Shown here: piece after piece, positions 8,440-16,400 of the stretch
How positions within the stretch are numbered: position 1 is the first letter of the stretch
Layout of the letters: each line of letters begins with the position of its first letter
Assembly: GCA_963718915.1 (NCBI GenBank)
Contig: CAVRAI010000007.1
Location: forward strand, 240,001 to 272,000
DNA length: 32,000 nt
Direction: 5' to 3'
Origin: an uncultured Chloroflexia bacterium
GTDB lineage: Bacteria > Chloroflexota > Ktedonobacteria > Ktedonobacterales > JADMIN01
Translations under genes and position numbers: made by a program
The notes under the pieces: model-generated
What the model was told of the DNA's origin: nothing
Database searches by the model: none
What the model saw: only the letters and a program-made list of their open reading frames with translations

Positions 8440-9006
8440 ATGCATCGTTCTTCCCTTTCGTTTCAGCCATTCCCAACGTCCCGGAAAGCGACGAGGCCGC
8501 GGACTCGTTCCGCGCTGCTACTGGCGGTGGGCGCGGCCTGTCTGTTCGGCGCGCTGGCGCTGGCTGGGTGTGGCGTCACCACTACCAATGTCGGCGGAGG
8601 GGGCGATGGCTCGCAGCAGACCGCAACTCCTGGGGTCAACAATGGCGGGACGATGTCTGTGAAACCGTGTCCGGGCGATTCGGTCACGTCAAGCCCATCG
8701 CCGACGATTGTGCTGACCGTGAAGGATTCGTACAAGACGACACAGGCGCACGTCGGCGATACGCTCGAGGTGCAGCTCGACGCGAAGACCCATTGGGCCA
8801 CACCTGCCCACGATGCGACCTCAGTGCTCGCGGCCATTCAGCCGCAGGGCGGCATGGACGATGCGTCGCAGACCTGCCAGTGGTTCTACAAGGCGGCGGC
8901 GCCCGGCAAGGTCACATTAAACTTTAGTGGCGCGCCTCTCTGCGACCCCACACAGGCCTGCCCGGCCATCGCGCGCGCTGAGCAGTTCACGATCCAGGTA
9001 TCCTGA
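8440..9006 (+). CDS. Lipoprotein, unknown function (small Cys-containing beta-rich domain)
   Basis: AGGAG RBS 8 nt before the ATG at 8440. Signal peptide and lipobox read LLLAVGAACLFGALALAGC, followed by a Gly/Thr-rich linker and a ~110-aa domain. Confidence 0.7.
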   Translation: MHRSSLSFQPFPTSRKATRPRTRSALLLAVGAACLFGALALAGCGVTTTNVGGGGDGSQQTATPGVNNGGTMSVKPCPGDSVTSSPSPTIVLTVKDSYKTTQAHVGDTLEVQLDAKTHWATPAHDATSVLAAIQPQGGMDDASQTCQWFYKAAAPGKVTLNFSGAPLCDPTQACPAIARAEQFTIQVS

Positions 9007-9195
9007 CCCGCGCTTTTCCCATTCCTTTCCTCTCTCGTCCTCGGTCGCGCCCGCAGGGACATAGCGGTTGGGGGTTCGTGGCTGGTATGATGACGGTGGC
9101 ACGTTGGCGTACGCCACGGATGTCCGACCACCAGCCGCGCTCCGCGGCGCGTGTGGCGAGCGATGATGCCGCACGCAGGAAGGAATGTAGAGAAC

Positions 9196-10053
9196 ATGGG
9201 CAAACTGATTGATAAACTCCAGCAGGTAAGACAATCTTCCAGCTCGGGTATTGGATTTTTTGGCCGCTCGCAGGCTGCCGCGTCGAAGCCGCGTCCGGCG
9301 GCGATAGTGGTGAGCGTTGGAGCGAAGGATACCGCCGCCGCGCAGTCCGCCGTGAAGGCCGGGGCCGATGCGCTGCTCTTCACCGGCTGGACGCCCAAGA
9401 GCGATCTGAGCGCATTCACCACGGCGGCCAGTGCGGGCACGACGCTGCTGGGCGTTGGGCTGGCCGAGGGCGAGAGTGGCGCCTATGGCACGCTCAAGCA
9501 GCTTCGGGATGCTGGGGCGAGCTTCGCGGTCGTCGGCGCGGGCGCGTCGGCGCACATGCTCTTCGAGGAATTGGATCACTTCGACCGTGTGGTGACATTC
9601 GATGCGCCAGGCGATGACATGGCTCTCCTGGTGCTGCGCGTGCAGAATCTGGCGCCAGCGCAGGTGGCGCTGCTCCGAGTTAGCCTGAGCGCGAGCGCTA
9701 TCGCGAAGATGACCGTCGCGGACTACACCCGGCTCAAGTTCGCGGTGGAGTCGCTACGCTTCCCGGTACTGGCGACGCTGGATGGTGTGCCGGAAGCGCA
9801 CAGTGTTCCCATCCTCGCGCGTCTCGGCTTCGCCGGGTTGATACTCTCGGGCGCGGGCGTTGGGCCGGATGCCCTGGGCACGCAGGTCACGACACTCCGA
9901 GAGGAGCTTGAGCGGACGCCCATCACGCACGACGAGTCGGGCTCTACTTTGCTCGGTGGCCTGGTCGGTCTTCAGGGGTCTGGGCTATCGCCGCAACGCG
10001 AGCCACAGCGCGAGCCGCAACGCGAGCCAGAGCGCGACCCCGACCATGAATAG
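9196..10053 (+). CDS. Hypothetical protein with C-terminal PQRE tandem repeats
   Basis: ORF 9151..10053; the likely start is MGKLIDKLQQV at 9196. Coding-type third-position GC bias. I recognised no family. The C-terminus reads SPQREPQREPQREPERDPDHE. Confidence 0.6.
   Translation: MGKLIDKLQQVRQSSSSGIGFFGRSQAAASKPRPAAIVVSVGAKDTAAAQSAVKAGADALLFTGWTPKSDLSAFTTAASAGTTLLGVGLAEGESGAYGTLKQLRDAGASFAVVGAGASAHMLFEELDHFDRVVTFDAPGDDMALLVLRVQNLAPAQVALLRVSLSASAIAKMTVADYTRLKFAVESLRFPVLATLDGVPEAHSVPILARLGFAGLILSGAGVGPDALGTQVTTLREELERTPITHDESGSTLLGGLVGLQGSGLSPQREPQREPQREPERDPDHE
9991..10038 (+). repeat. 4 x 12-bp in-frame tandem repeat (ccgcaacgcgag-type) encoding PQRE units
   Basis: The four units are ccgcaacgcgag, ccacagcgcgag, ccgcaacgcgag and ccagagcgcgac, read directly from the sequence. 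Confidence 0.9.
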
Positions 10054-10305
10054 CGGCGACTGATCGCTTTCAACGCCCACTAGTCTCTCGCATAGCGCGT
10101 CCGCGGAGCTGGTTGCGGCGCGAGCGCATTGTGCGCATTGCAGCCCGGATGCACTACGTCGTTGTACTATTAATGGCTGAATATGATACACTCGGCTGGG
10201 TACGCAACAGGGTGAGGATCACCCTCGGACGTTGTATGTGTTCGCCGATTAGTGCGGTGGCGAGGTGCCGTCGTGCGCGACATCCAGCGTGGGAGACAGA
10301 GGGGA

Positions 10306-11100
10306 ATGGGCACAGGCCGTTGGGATGATGATGGTCGCCGGGATCAGGGGCGGTCTCCACGAAACAGACGTATGGATGATGATCCGCGTCAGAGCCGGGC
10401 GGGCTCGCGCGACGGCGGTTCAAGTGGATGGGATCGTCCGCCACGAGATGGGTCACGGAATCCACGGCGCGACGTCGATGATAGGGATAACGGCGGGCGT
10501 GGCGGCTCCTATAACCGGGGCGGGCGCGCTGGTGGATCCAATCGTGGCGGCTGGGATGATCCACGTGGCAGCCGTGGCGGTCCGCCAGACCGCTCGGGTG
10601 ATCGTAGTGATCGCTCGATGCGTGGCGGGCGTCCGCCTGTGCGCGACGATTGGGATGCGCCCACGCCCCAACGCGGGCGCGGTGGCCCCGGTGGCCCGGG
10701 ATACTCTGGCTCCTCACGCCGACCGCCGCAACAGGGCGGTGGACTCTGGGGCGATGAGCCACGGGGAGGACGCCCACCCATGCGCGATCCACGCGACCCA
10801 AGGGCCGCGCGCGGTGGCAGAAGACCCATGGCGCCCGAGCCGGAGAAGGGCGAGTTCACCTTCACAAGAAGCGCGGGCATCATTGCCGGTATGTTTGTGC
10901 TGGGCGTTGGCGTCGCGTTTCTCTATTTCATGCTCACCCGGCCCACGCCACAACTGGACAACACGCCAGCCGTGCCAACCAATACGGCCCCGGCAGTGAC
11001 ACCGAGCGCCGCGCCAAAAGTTTCGCCGTCCCCGTCTGGGCGCGTCCCAGGCAGTGGCCCCGCGTATGTGGTTGTGGATGCTGCGGACGCCATCGGGTAA
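10306..11100 (+). CDS. Single-pass membrane protein with ~190-aa Arg/Gly/Asp-rich disordered N-terminal region and Pro/Thr/Ala-rich C-terminal tail
   Basis: ORF 10252..11100; ATG at 10306 (MGTGRWDDDGRRDQ...). Contains repeated GGRPP.RD, GWD..PR and RGG motifs, a TM helix (AGIIAGMFVLGVGVAFLYFML), then a PT-rich tail. Frame choice among three open frames rests on the TM segment and the downstream context. Confidence 0.6.
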   Translation: MGTGRWDDDGRRDQGRSPRNRRMDDDPRQSRAGSRDGGSSGWDRPPRDGSRNPRRDVDDRDNGGRGGSYNRGGRAGGSNRGGWDDPRGSRGGPPDRSGDRSDRSMRGGRPPVRDDWDAPTPQRGRGGPGGPGYSGSSRRPPQQGGGLWGDEPRGGRPPMRDPRDPRAARGGRRPMAPEPEKGEFTFTRSAGIIAGMFVLGVGVAFLYFMLTRPTPQLDNTPAVPTNTAPAVTPSAAPKVSPSPSGRVPGSGPAYVVVDAADAIG

Positions 11101-11152
11101 CATCGCGGTGTATGGTGTACGAGGAGTGGTTTCCAGGAAGGCAGCAACGGGT

Positions 11153-11608
11153 ATGAGCGACGCAACGCCGCGAGATTCGGTTGAGGAGCGGCTGCGCAAC
11201 GACCTCAAAGAAGCGACACGCCAGCGCGATCAGGTGCGGATGGATACGATTCGCATGGCGCTGGCGGCATTCCGCACTGAAGAGGTCTCCGGCTCGCGCC
11301 ACGAACTGACCGAGCAGGAGCGCCACGCTATCCTCGATAAGCTCATCAAGCAGCGCCACGAGTCCGCCGAGCTTTTCCGCACCGCCAAACGCGACGAGCT
11401 GGCCGAGAAGGAAGAGCGCGAGGCGGGGATGCTGGCGGCGTATCTGCCCGCGAAGCTGACCGACGACGAGATTCGCGCGGTGGTCTCGCGGCTGATCGCG
11501 GAGCAGGGCAAAGACTTCCGCAAGGTGATGCCGCTGGCCTCGAAGGAAATGAAAGGCCGCGCCGACGGCAAGCGCGTCAGCGAGATCGTCCGCGAGATGA
11601 CCAGCTAG
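11153..11608 (+). CDS. yqeY: GatB/YqeY domain-containing protein
   Basis: Starts MSDATPRDSVEERLRNDLKEATRQRDQVRMDTIRMALAAFR; continues ...LIKQRHESAELFRTAKRDELAEKEEREAGMLAAYLP...; ends GRADGKRVSEIVREMTS. This is the typical YqeY layout. Confidence 0.85.
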   Translation: MSDATPRDSVEERLRNDLKEATRQRDQVRMDTIRMALAAFRTEEVSGSRHELTEQERHAILDKLIKQRHESAELFRTAKRDELAEKEEREAGMLAAYLPAKLTDDEIRAVVSRLIAEQGKDFRKVMPLASKEMKGRADGKRVSEIVREMTS

Positions 11609-11727
11609 CGATCAGTGGGACAACATCCACACCTGACGCGGGGAAGATCCTGTCTCAGTGTTGCTGGGCTTTGCCTTGATGGAACTGCTGCGCGCCAAAT
11701 ATTACACCCACTCTCCGTTGCATTCGC

Positions 11728-11756
11728 TTGCCTTGCGAAGCCTCCTCAGCTATGAT
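11728..11756 (+). promoter_or_regulatory. Sigma-70-like promoter TTGCCT-17 nt-TATGAT upstream of ORF 11783
   Basis: Hexamers are at 11728-11733 and 11751-11756 with a 17-nt spacer, 27 nt upstream of the ATG at 11783. Confidence 0.45.
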
Positions 11757-11782
11757 GCTTCCCGTGAAGAAAGGAAGCGCGC

Positions 11783-12346
11783 ATGCGTAATCGAGGCATA
11801 ACTTCTGTCGTTGAAGGGTTCATTCGGTGGCGCTGGCCGCGCTTCGTACTTGCTATCATCGCACTCATTCTCGGGACGATTTTTATGCTGAGCGCCTTCG
11901 GCGACGCCGAGGTCAAGAGTGGCCATGCAGTGCGAGTTGGCGACATCGAGACGTTAACCGATTCCTCCACGGGCGCCTATGTGTCTAGTCGTATCACCTT
12001 CGTGGGCAACACTGTGGATTATTTCTACAACCGTGCTGATTTTACGCCGGAACTGACTGACCAGGCAATCCATGCTGCCGACTCTGCCGGCAGAGTGGAC
12101 TTCTGGTATATCGACTCCCCATTCAGTGGCGCGCCCCATCTGCTTGCGATCCAATTGTACTCCGTTGACGGCATCCCCACGACGAAATACGTCACCCAGT
12201 GGTACTTGCACCCCGACAACATGCGGAATAGTGGTCTGAGAACTGCGGCGGTTCCGCTTACCATCGCGCTCGCATTTGGGCTGTGGGGCGCCCTTGTGCC
12301 ACCACTGGTGCGACGAAAGCCGACGGCAAGCGCGTCAGCGAGATGA
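11783..12346 (+). CDS. Hypothetical membrane protein (N- and C-terminal TM helices), lower-GC cargo of the yqeY-end insertion
   Basis: 187-aa ORF with TM1 WPRFVLAIIALILGTIFMLSAF and TM2 AAVPLTIALAFGLWGALVPPL. It is visibly AT-richer than its neighbours. Its last codons read the duplicated yqeY fragment out of frame. Confidence 0.55.
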   Translation: MRNRGITSVVEGFIRWRWPRFVLAIIALILGTIFMLSAFGDAEVKSGHAVRVGDIETLTDSSTGAYVSSRITFVGNTVDYFYNRADFTPELTDQAIHAADSAGRVDFWYIDSPFSGAPHLLAIQLYSVDGIPTTKYVTQWYLHPDNMRNSGLRTAAVPLTIALAFGLWGALVPPLVRRKPTASASAR

Positions 12347-12354
12347 CGGCATAA
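12316..12354 (+). pseudogene. Displaced alternative 3' terminus of yqeY (K-ADGKRVSE-MTA-stop)
   Basis: A 26-nt exact repeat of 11561-11586 lies at 12319-12344. Read in the yqeY frame it ends at the taa at 12352-12354. A terminator follows. Confidence 0.7.
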
Positions 12355-12390
12355 TCAATACTAAAATATAGACCGAGTCCCTCGTCGAAA

Positions 12391-12427
12391 GCAGGCTCCA
12401 TTTGTGGGAGCCTGCGCTCTTTTTTCC
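12391..12427 (+). terminator. Rho-independent terminator
   Basis: The stem gcaggctcc (12391-12399) / ggagcctgc (12407-12415) has a 7-nt loop and is followed by gctcttttttcc. Confidence 0.75.
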
Positions 12428-12502
12428 ACTATCTCTCGTCTGGAGATGTCCATTGTCGCCTGGCATTCCCAAATGGCAGAATACGTGCGGAAGGAGAGAA
12501 TC

Positions 12503-13045
12503 ATGGCAGAGCAGCGGTGGCGTGAGACAAGCTGGTACGATTCTCGTGTGGAGATTCGCCCGTCGGGCATACAGGGCGGCGGCATGTACGCCCACGCGCT
12601 GATACGTGCGGGTGAGACGGTGGCCATCGTCGGTGGGACGCCGATGACCGACGCCGAATTCGCTGCGTATCGCAGTACTGTGGAGCGGTATAATGCGTCT
12701 CAGATTGGCGAAGACCTGCATCTGGTCGATCTGATTCAGACACCAGACCAGGTAGAGGGTTCCATCAACCATTCGTGTGACTCTAAATTGTGGATGAACG
12801 ACGAGGTGACGATAGCCGCGCGCCGGGATATCGCCACAGGCGAGGAGCTCACGCTCGACTATGCGCTGGTGACGAGCGATCCCGTCTGGCGGCTGGACCG
12901 TCTCTGTCAGTGCGGCTCGTCGCTCTGCCGCCACATCGTCACTGGGGGCGACTGGCGCTTGCCCGACGTGCAGCGACGCTACGCGGGCCATTTCGCGCCG
13001 TTCCTGAATACGCGCATCGAAACGCTCAACAGGCTCACACCTTGA
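12503..13045 (+). CDS. SET domain-containing protein (putative protein lysine methyltransferase)
   Basis: AAGGAGAG RBS before the ATG at 12503. Motifs present: GSINHSCDSKLWM (NHSC), GEELTLDY, and post-SET-like CQCGSSLCR. Confidence 0.8.
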   Translation: MAEQRWRETSWYDSRVEIRPSGIQGGGMYAHALIRAGETVAIVGGTPMTDAEFAAYRSTVERYNASQIGEDLHLVDLIQTPDQVEGSINHSCDSKLWMNDEVTIAARRDIATGEELTLDYALVTSDPVWRLDRLCQCGSSLCRHIVTGGDWRLPDVQRRYAGHFAPFLNTRIETLNRLTP

Positions 13046-13064
13046 GAAGAAATGAGAAGAAAGC

Positions 13065-13976
13065 ATGCGACGCCTTCGGTTTCTGCAGTTCGATGTCTTC
13101 ACCCGCGAACCCTTTGGAGGCAATCAGCTTGCCGTATTCTTCGAGGGCGACTCCCTGAGCGATGAGAAGATGCAGGCCATCGCTCGTGAGATGAACTACT
13201 CCGAGACCACCTTCATCCTGCCGCCGAGCGACCCCAAAGCGCTCTGCCGCGTGCGCATTTTCACTCCCGCCGCCGAACTGCCCTTCGCGGGCCACCCCGT
13301 CGTCGGCACGACCTTCGCGCTGGCTCAGGAGGGGATGATCCGCGCGGGCGAGTCGCCGGTCACGCTCCAGCTCGGTATTGGGCTGCTGCCGGTCGAGTTG
13401 CTCTATGAGGGCCAGCGCGCCGTCTTTGTCTGGATGCACCAGCCCACTCCACGTTTCGAGACCTGGCAGGGAGACGCCAACCGGCTGGCCAACGCGCTTG
13501 GCCTCACGACCGACGACTTCGACGACACGCTGCCCATCGAACGCGCCATCGTCGGCGTCAACCATGTGCTCGTGCCGATTCGCTCGCTCGATGCCATCGG
13601 TCGCGCCCATTCGGGGCCTGACCTGCTGGAGGCGCTTAATCTGCCGAACGAACACCCCGGCTGTTTCCTCTTCACGCTCGACCGCGCGGAAGGCGGCGCC
13701 GATATCCACGGGCGCATGTTCGCCCCGGCGATGGGCATCGGCGAAGACCCCGCCACCGGCTCCGCGGCAGGCCCGCTCGGCGTCTACCTGCTGCGCCACG
13801 GACGACTGGCGCCCGACGAGACCGGGCAGACACGCGCGCGTCTGGAGCAGGGCATCGAGATGGGGCGGCCAAGCACGCTGGACATCGCCATCACGGGCAG
13901 CGCCGAGAACATCGAGGACGTGCGCGTTGGCGGGGCGTCGGTGCTGATGATCGAGGGCGAGTTGCTGCTGCGATAG
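13065..13976 (+). CDS. PhzF-family isomerase (phenazine biosynthesis-like protein)
   Basis: 303 aa. Family motifs: FDVFTREPFGGNQLAVF, MNYSETTF, RIFTPAAELPFAGHPVVGT, EDPATGSAAGPLGVYL. Confidence 0.9.
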   Translation: MRRLRFLQFDVFTREPFGGNQLAVFFEGDSLSDEKMQAIAREMNYSETTFILPPSDPKALCRVRIFTPAAELPFAGHPVVGTTFALAQEGMIRAGESPVTLQLGIGLLPVELLYEGQRAVFVWMHQPTPRFETWQGDANRLANALGLTTDDFDDTLPIERAIVGVNHVLVPIRSLDAIGRAHSGPDLLEALNLPNEHPGCFLFTLDRAEGGADIHGRMFAPAMGIGEDPATGSAAGPLGVYLLRHGRLAPDETGQTRARLEQGIEMGRPSTLDIAITGSAENIEDVRVGGASVLMIEGELLLR

Positions 13977-14019
13977 CCCGACGCTTTGTGGCGCTTTCTG
14001 CCGGTGCTCTGTCATACCC

Positions 14020-14147
14020 GATTAGGCTGGGTTGTTGCCGTTGGGTGGGCCGACCGCAGCCTGAAGGCTGCGGCTAATTTCCCAGCCCCATTCGCCGTAG
14101 CGTTCACGCTACGGTCGGCCCCCAAGGACAACAATCCAAACGAAATC
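14020..14147. repeat. Long imperfect palindromic element with two internal hairpins (three-way-junction-like)
   Basis: The 37-nt arms gattaggctgggttgttgccgttgggtgggccgaccg (14020-14056) and cggtcggcccccaaggacaacaatccaaacgaaatc (14112-14147) pair with about 9 mismatches. They enclose the hairpins gcagcc-tgaa-ggctgc and ccgtagcg-ttca-cgctacgg. Confidence 0.7.
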
Positions 14148-14231
14148 AGTATCACCTAGCCATCCACCATCCACCTGGCTCACCAGTAGTATCCGCCTGC
14201 GCCTGCCAGCGCCAGAGGTAGGCGCCTCCGC

Positions 14232-14798
14232 CTATTTTTTTGGCGTCTGTCTGGATGTCTTGGGTGGGGGCAGGTCCTCGATTGGGAACAGGATTGGACT
14301 GAGGATGTGCTGTCTTCGGCCTGGGGCGGGTTTGTTTGTCAGCCGTGGCGCGATCGCACCGCGCATCTCAAGGATCAGTTGGTCGCGCTCGTTCGGGCTG
14401 AGCCACAGCGAATGCTGCCGGAACCCCACAGAGTCGGCAATCGGGTCAGCATGATCGCGGTCGAGATAGGCGTTGAACTCGCTAAGTAACGCGGCCATCG
14501 CCGTCGCGAACGCGCCACGGTAGTCCTCCAGCGGCGCCTCTGCGGCGGTATCGGCATCAATGACCGGACGCGGTTCGCGCAGTCGGTACCTGCGCTCGAC
14601 GGCGCCGCCTACCCGCTGCTCACCGTCCACCTCAAGGATGCCACCATCAGCGAGCAGGCTGACGTGCCGGTACATAGTGGCCTTCGAGACATCCGACATC
14701 CGCGCGCGCAGTTGGGATGTCGTGAGCGTTCGCCCACCTGACATGGCGTGTACGATGCGAAGCCGCACCGGATGCAGGAGTAGTTCGACTGTGTCCAT
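14232..14798 (-). CDS. ArsR-type winged-helix transcriptional regulator
   Basis: 188 aa. The N-terminus LLHPVRLRIVHAMSGGRTLTTSQLRARMSDVSKATMYRHVSLLADGGILEV is a typical ArsR/HTH_20 wHTH. It is divergent from the hydrolase gene. Confidence 0.8.
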   Translation of the reverse strand: MDTVELLLHPVRLRIVHAMSGGRTLTTSQLRARMSDVSKATMYRHVSLLADGGILEVDGEQRVGGAVERRYRLREPRPVIDADTAAEAPLEDYRGAFATAMAALLSEFNAYLDRDHADPIADSVGFRQHSLWLSPNERDQLILEMRGAIAPRLTNKPAPGRRQHILSPILFPIEDLPPPKTSRQTPKK

Positions 14799-14808
14799 GT
14801 TGCCATTA

Positions 14809-14869
14809 TCTCACAGATGAGACTATTCTCAAAATCGAGACAATTGTGATATCATTCTCATTATTGAGA
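14809..14869. promoter_or_regulatory. Three TCTC-N6-GAGA inverted-repeat boxes in an AT-rich divergent promoter region
   Basis: The boxes are tctcacagatgaga (14809-14822), tctcaaaatcgaga (14827-14840) and tctcattattgaga (14856-14869). They lie between the regulator ATG (14798) and the hydrolase start. Confidence 0.55.
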
Positions 14870-14902
14870 CTACCGCATGAAGCCAACATGAAAGGGGCGC
14901 CT

Positions 14903-16243
14903 ATGAGCCATCCATCACCTGAAAGCCACCACGAAATGGCCATGGATGCGGCAGCAATCGCCACGATGGTCGTCGAACTGGCGCAGAACGGGCGTTTTGC
15001 CGAGATCGAGGATTTGTTCGCGCCGCCGCTTCGGGCAGTGGTGTCCGCTGAGACGCTGCGGATGGGCTGGATGACTGAGGTCGGCAAAAATGGGTCGGTT
15101 TCCGCCATCGGAAAGCCGGTGAGCGAGCCAGTCAAGGCAGGGCTGGTTCGGGTGAGTGTCCCGGTCACGTGCGAGCACGGGGCGCTGACCGTGGTCATGT
15201 CGGTGGACGATGCCGGTTTGCTGCAAGGTCTCCGGATTTCGTCCGTCGCCAGCATATCGTGGGCGCCGCCATCTTATGCTATTCCGAAAAGATTCGATGA
15301 ACATGACGTCACAGTCGGTTCCGGCCAGCTTGCCGTGCCTGGTACGTTGAGCCTGCCGCGTGGGCGTGGCCCGCGACCTGGCGTTGTCTTGCTCAGCGGG
15401 GGAGGGCCATTCGACCGCGACGAAACCGACGGGCCGAACAAACCGCTCAAGGATCTCGCATGGGGGCTGGCCAGTCGCGGCGTGGCGGTCGTGCGCTTCG
15501 ATAAGGTGACCGTCGCCCACCAAAGCCAGGTGGCGAACGCGCCCGATTTCACGATGGCTGACGAATACGTGCCACACGCGGTCGCAGCCGTCCACCTGCT
15601 CCAGCGCCAATCGACCGTTGACCCCGGACGGGTCTTTGTCCTCGGTCACAGCATGGGTGGCAAAGTTGCTCCGCGTGTCGCGACCGCCGAGCCATCCGTT
15701 GCTGGTTTGGTGATCCTGTCTGGTGATGCGCAACCGATGCAGCATGCCGCGATCCGCGTCGCCCGCTATCTCGCCGCGTTGAATCCCAGCCCAGACGAGG
15801 AGGCTGCCGTTGAGACAATGACACGACAGGCCGCGATGGTAGAGAGTCCTGATCTGTCACCGTTGACTTCGGCCAGCGAATTACCATTCGGCCTATCGGG
15901 TTCGTACTGGCTAGACCTGCGGGGTTACGAGCCAGTTTCGGCTGCGGCGGCGCTGAACAAACCAATACTCATCATCCAGGGTGGCCGCGACTATCAAGTG
16001 ACCGTCGAGGACGATCTCTCACGCTGGAAGGCGGGCATCGGACACCATCCCAATGTCACAATCCGTATCTACGACGCCGACAACCATCTCTTCTTCCCCG
16101 GCGTCGGCCCATCCACGCCTTCGGAATACGAATCGGCGCAACACGTTGACCCAGCCGTCGTTGCCGACATTGCCGAGTGGCTGGCGCCGCATCGAGGGAA
16201 GATCACCCGATTCGTTTCCCGCTTCAAGCGCCACAAACGTTAG
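14903..16243 (+). CDS. Alpha/beta hydrolase with N-terminal DUF3887-like domain
   Basis: ORF 14846..16243; candidate ATGs at 14888 and 14903. Nucleophile elbow GHSMGG; a hydrolase core (VVLLSGGGPFDRDE, IIQGGRDYQV, DADNHLF). The N-terminal ~120 aa resembles DUF3887. Confidence 0.85.
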   Translation: MSHPSPESHHEMAMDAAAIATMVVELAQNGRFAEIEDLFAPPLRAVVSAETLRMGWMTEVGKNGSVSAIGKPVSEPVKAGLVRVSVPVTCEHGALTVVMSVDDAGLLQGLRISSVASISWAPPSYAIPKRFDEHDVTVGSGQLAVPGTLSLPRGRGPRPGVVLLSGGGPFDRDETDGPNKPLKDLAWGLASRGVAVVRFDKVTVAHQSQVANAPDFTMADEYVPHAVAAVHLLQRQSTVDPGRVFVLGHSMGGKVAPRVATAEPSVAGLVILSGDAQPMQHAAIRVARYLAALNPSPDEEAAVETMTRQAAMVESPDLSPLTSASELPFGLSGSYWLDLRGYEPVSAAAALNKPILIIQGGRDYQVTVEDDLSRWKAGIGHHPNVTIRIYDADNHLFFPGVGPSTPSEYESAQHVDPAVVADIAEWLAPHRGKITRFVSRFKRHKR

Positions 16244-16400
16244 CGGCGGAGCATGACGGGGGAGCGAGCGCGGTTCACCCGCCCTTTTGCTCCTGTGAGA
16301 AAAAGCCATCCCGTATGTCATAGATAGCGCCTCATTTCCGCTAATCCGTGATAGCATAGATGCTGAAGATTAGGGTCTATGGCCAGGAGGAGAACACGGT

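Noticed and set aside
14086-14120. A tRNA-like T-arm impression (ccgtagcgttcacgctacgg) inside the 14020-14147 palindrome.
   Set aside because: The loop is only 4 nt. There is no acceptor stem, anticodon arm or GTTCGAATC-type T-loop, so this is a plain hairpin within a repeat element.
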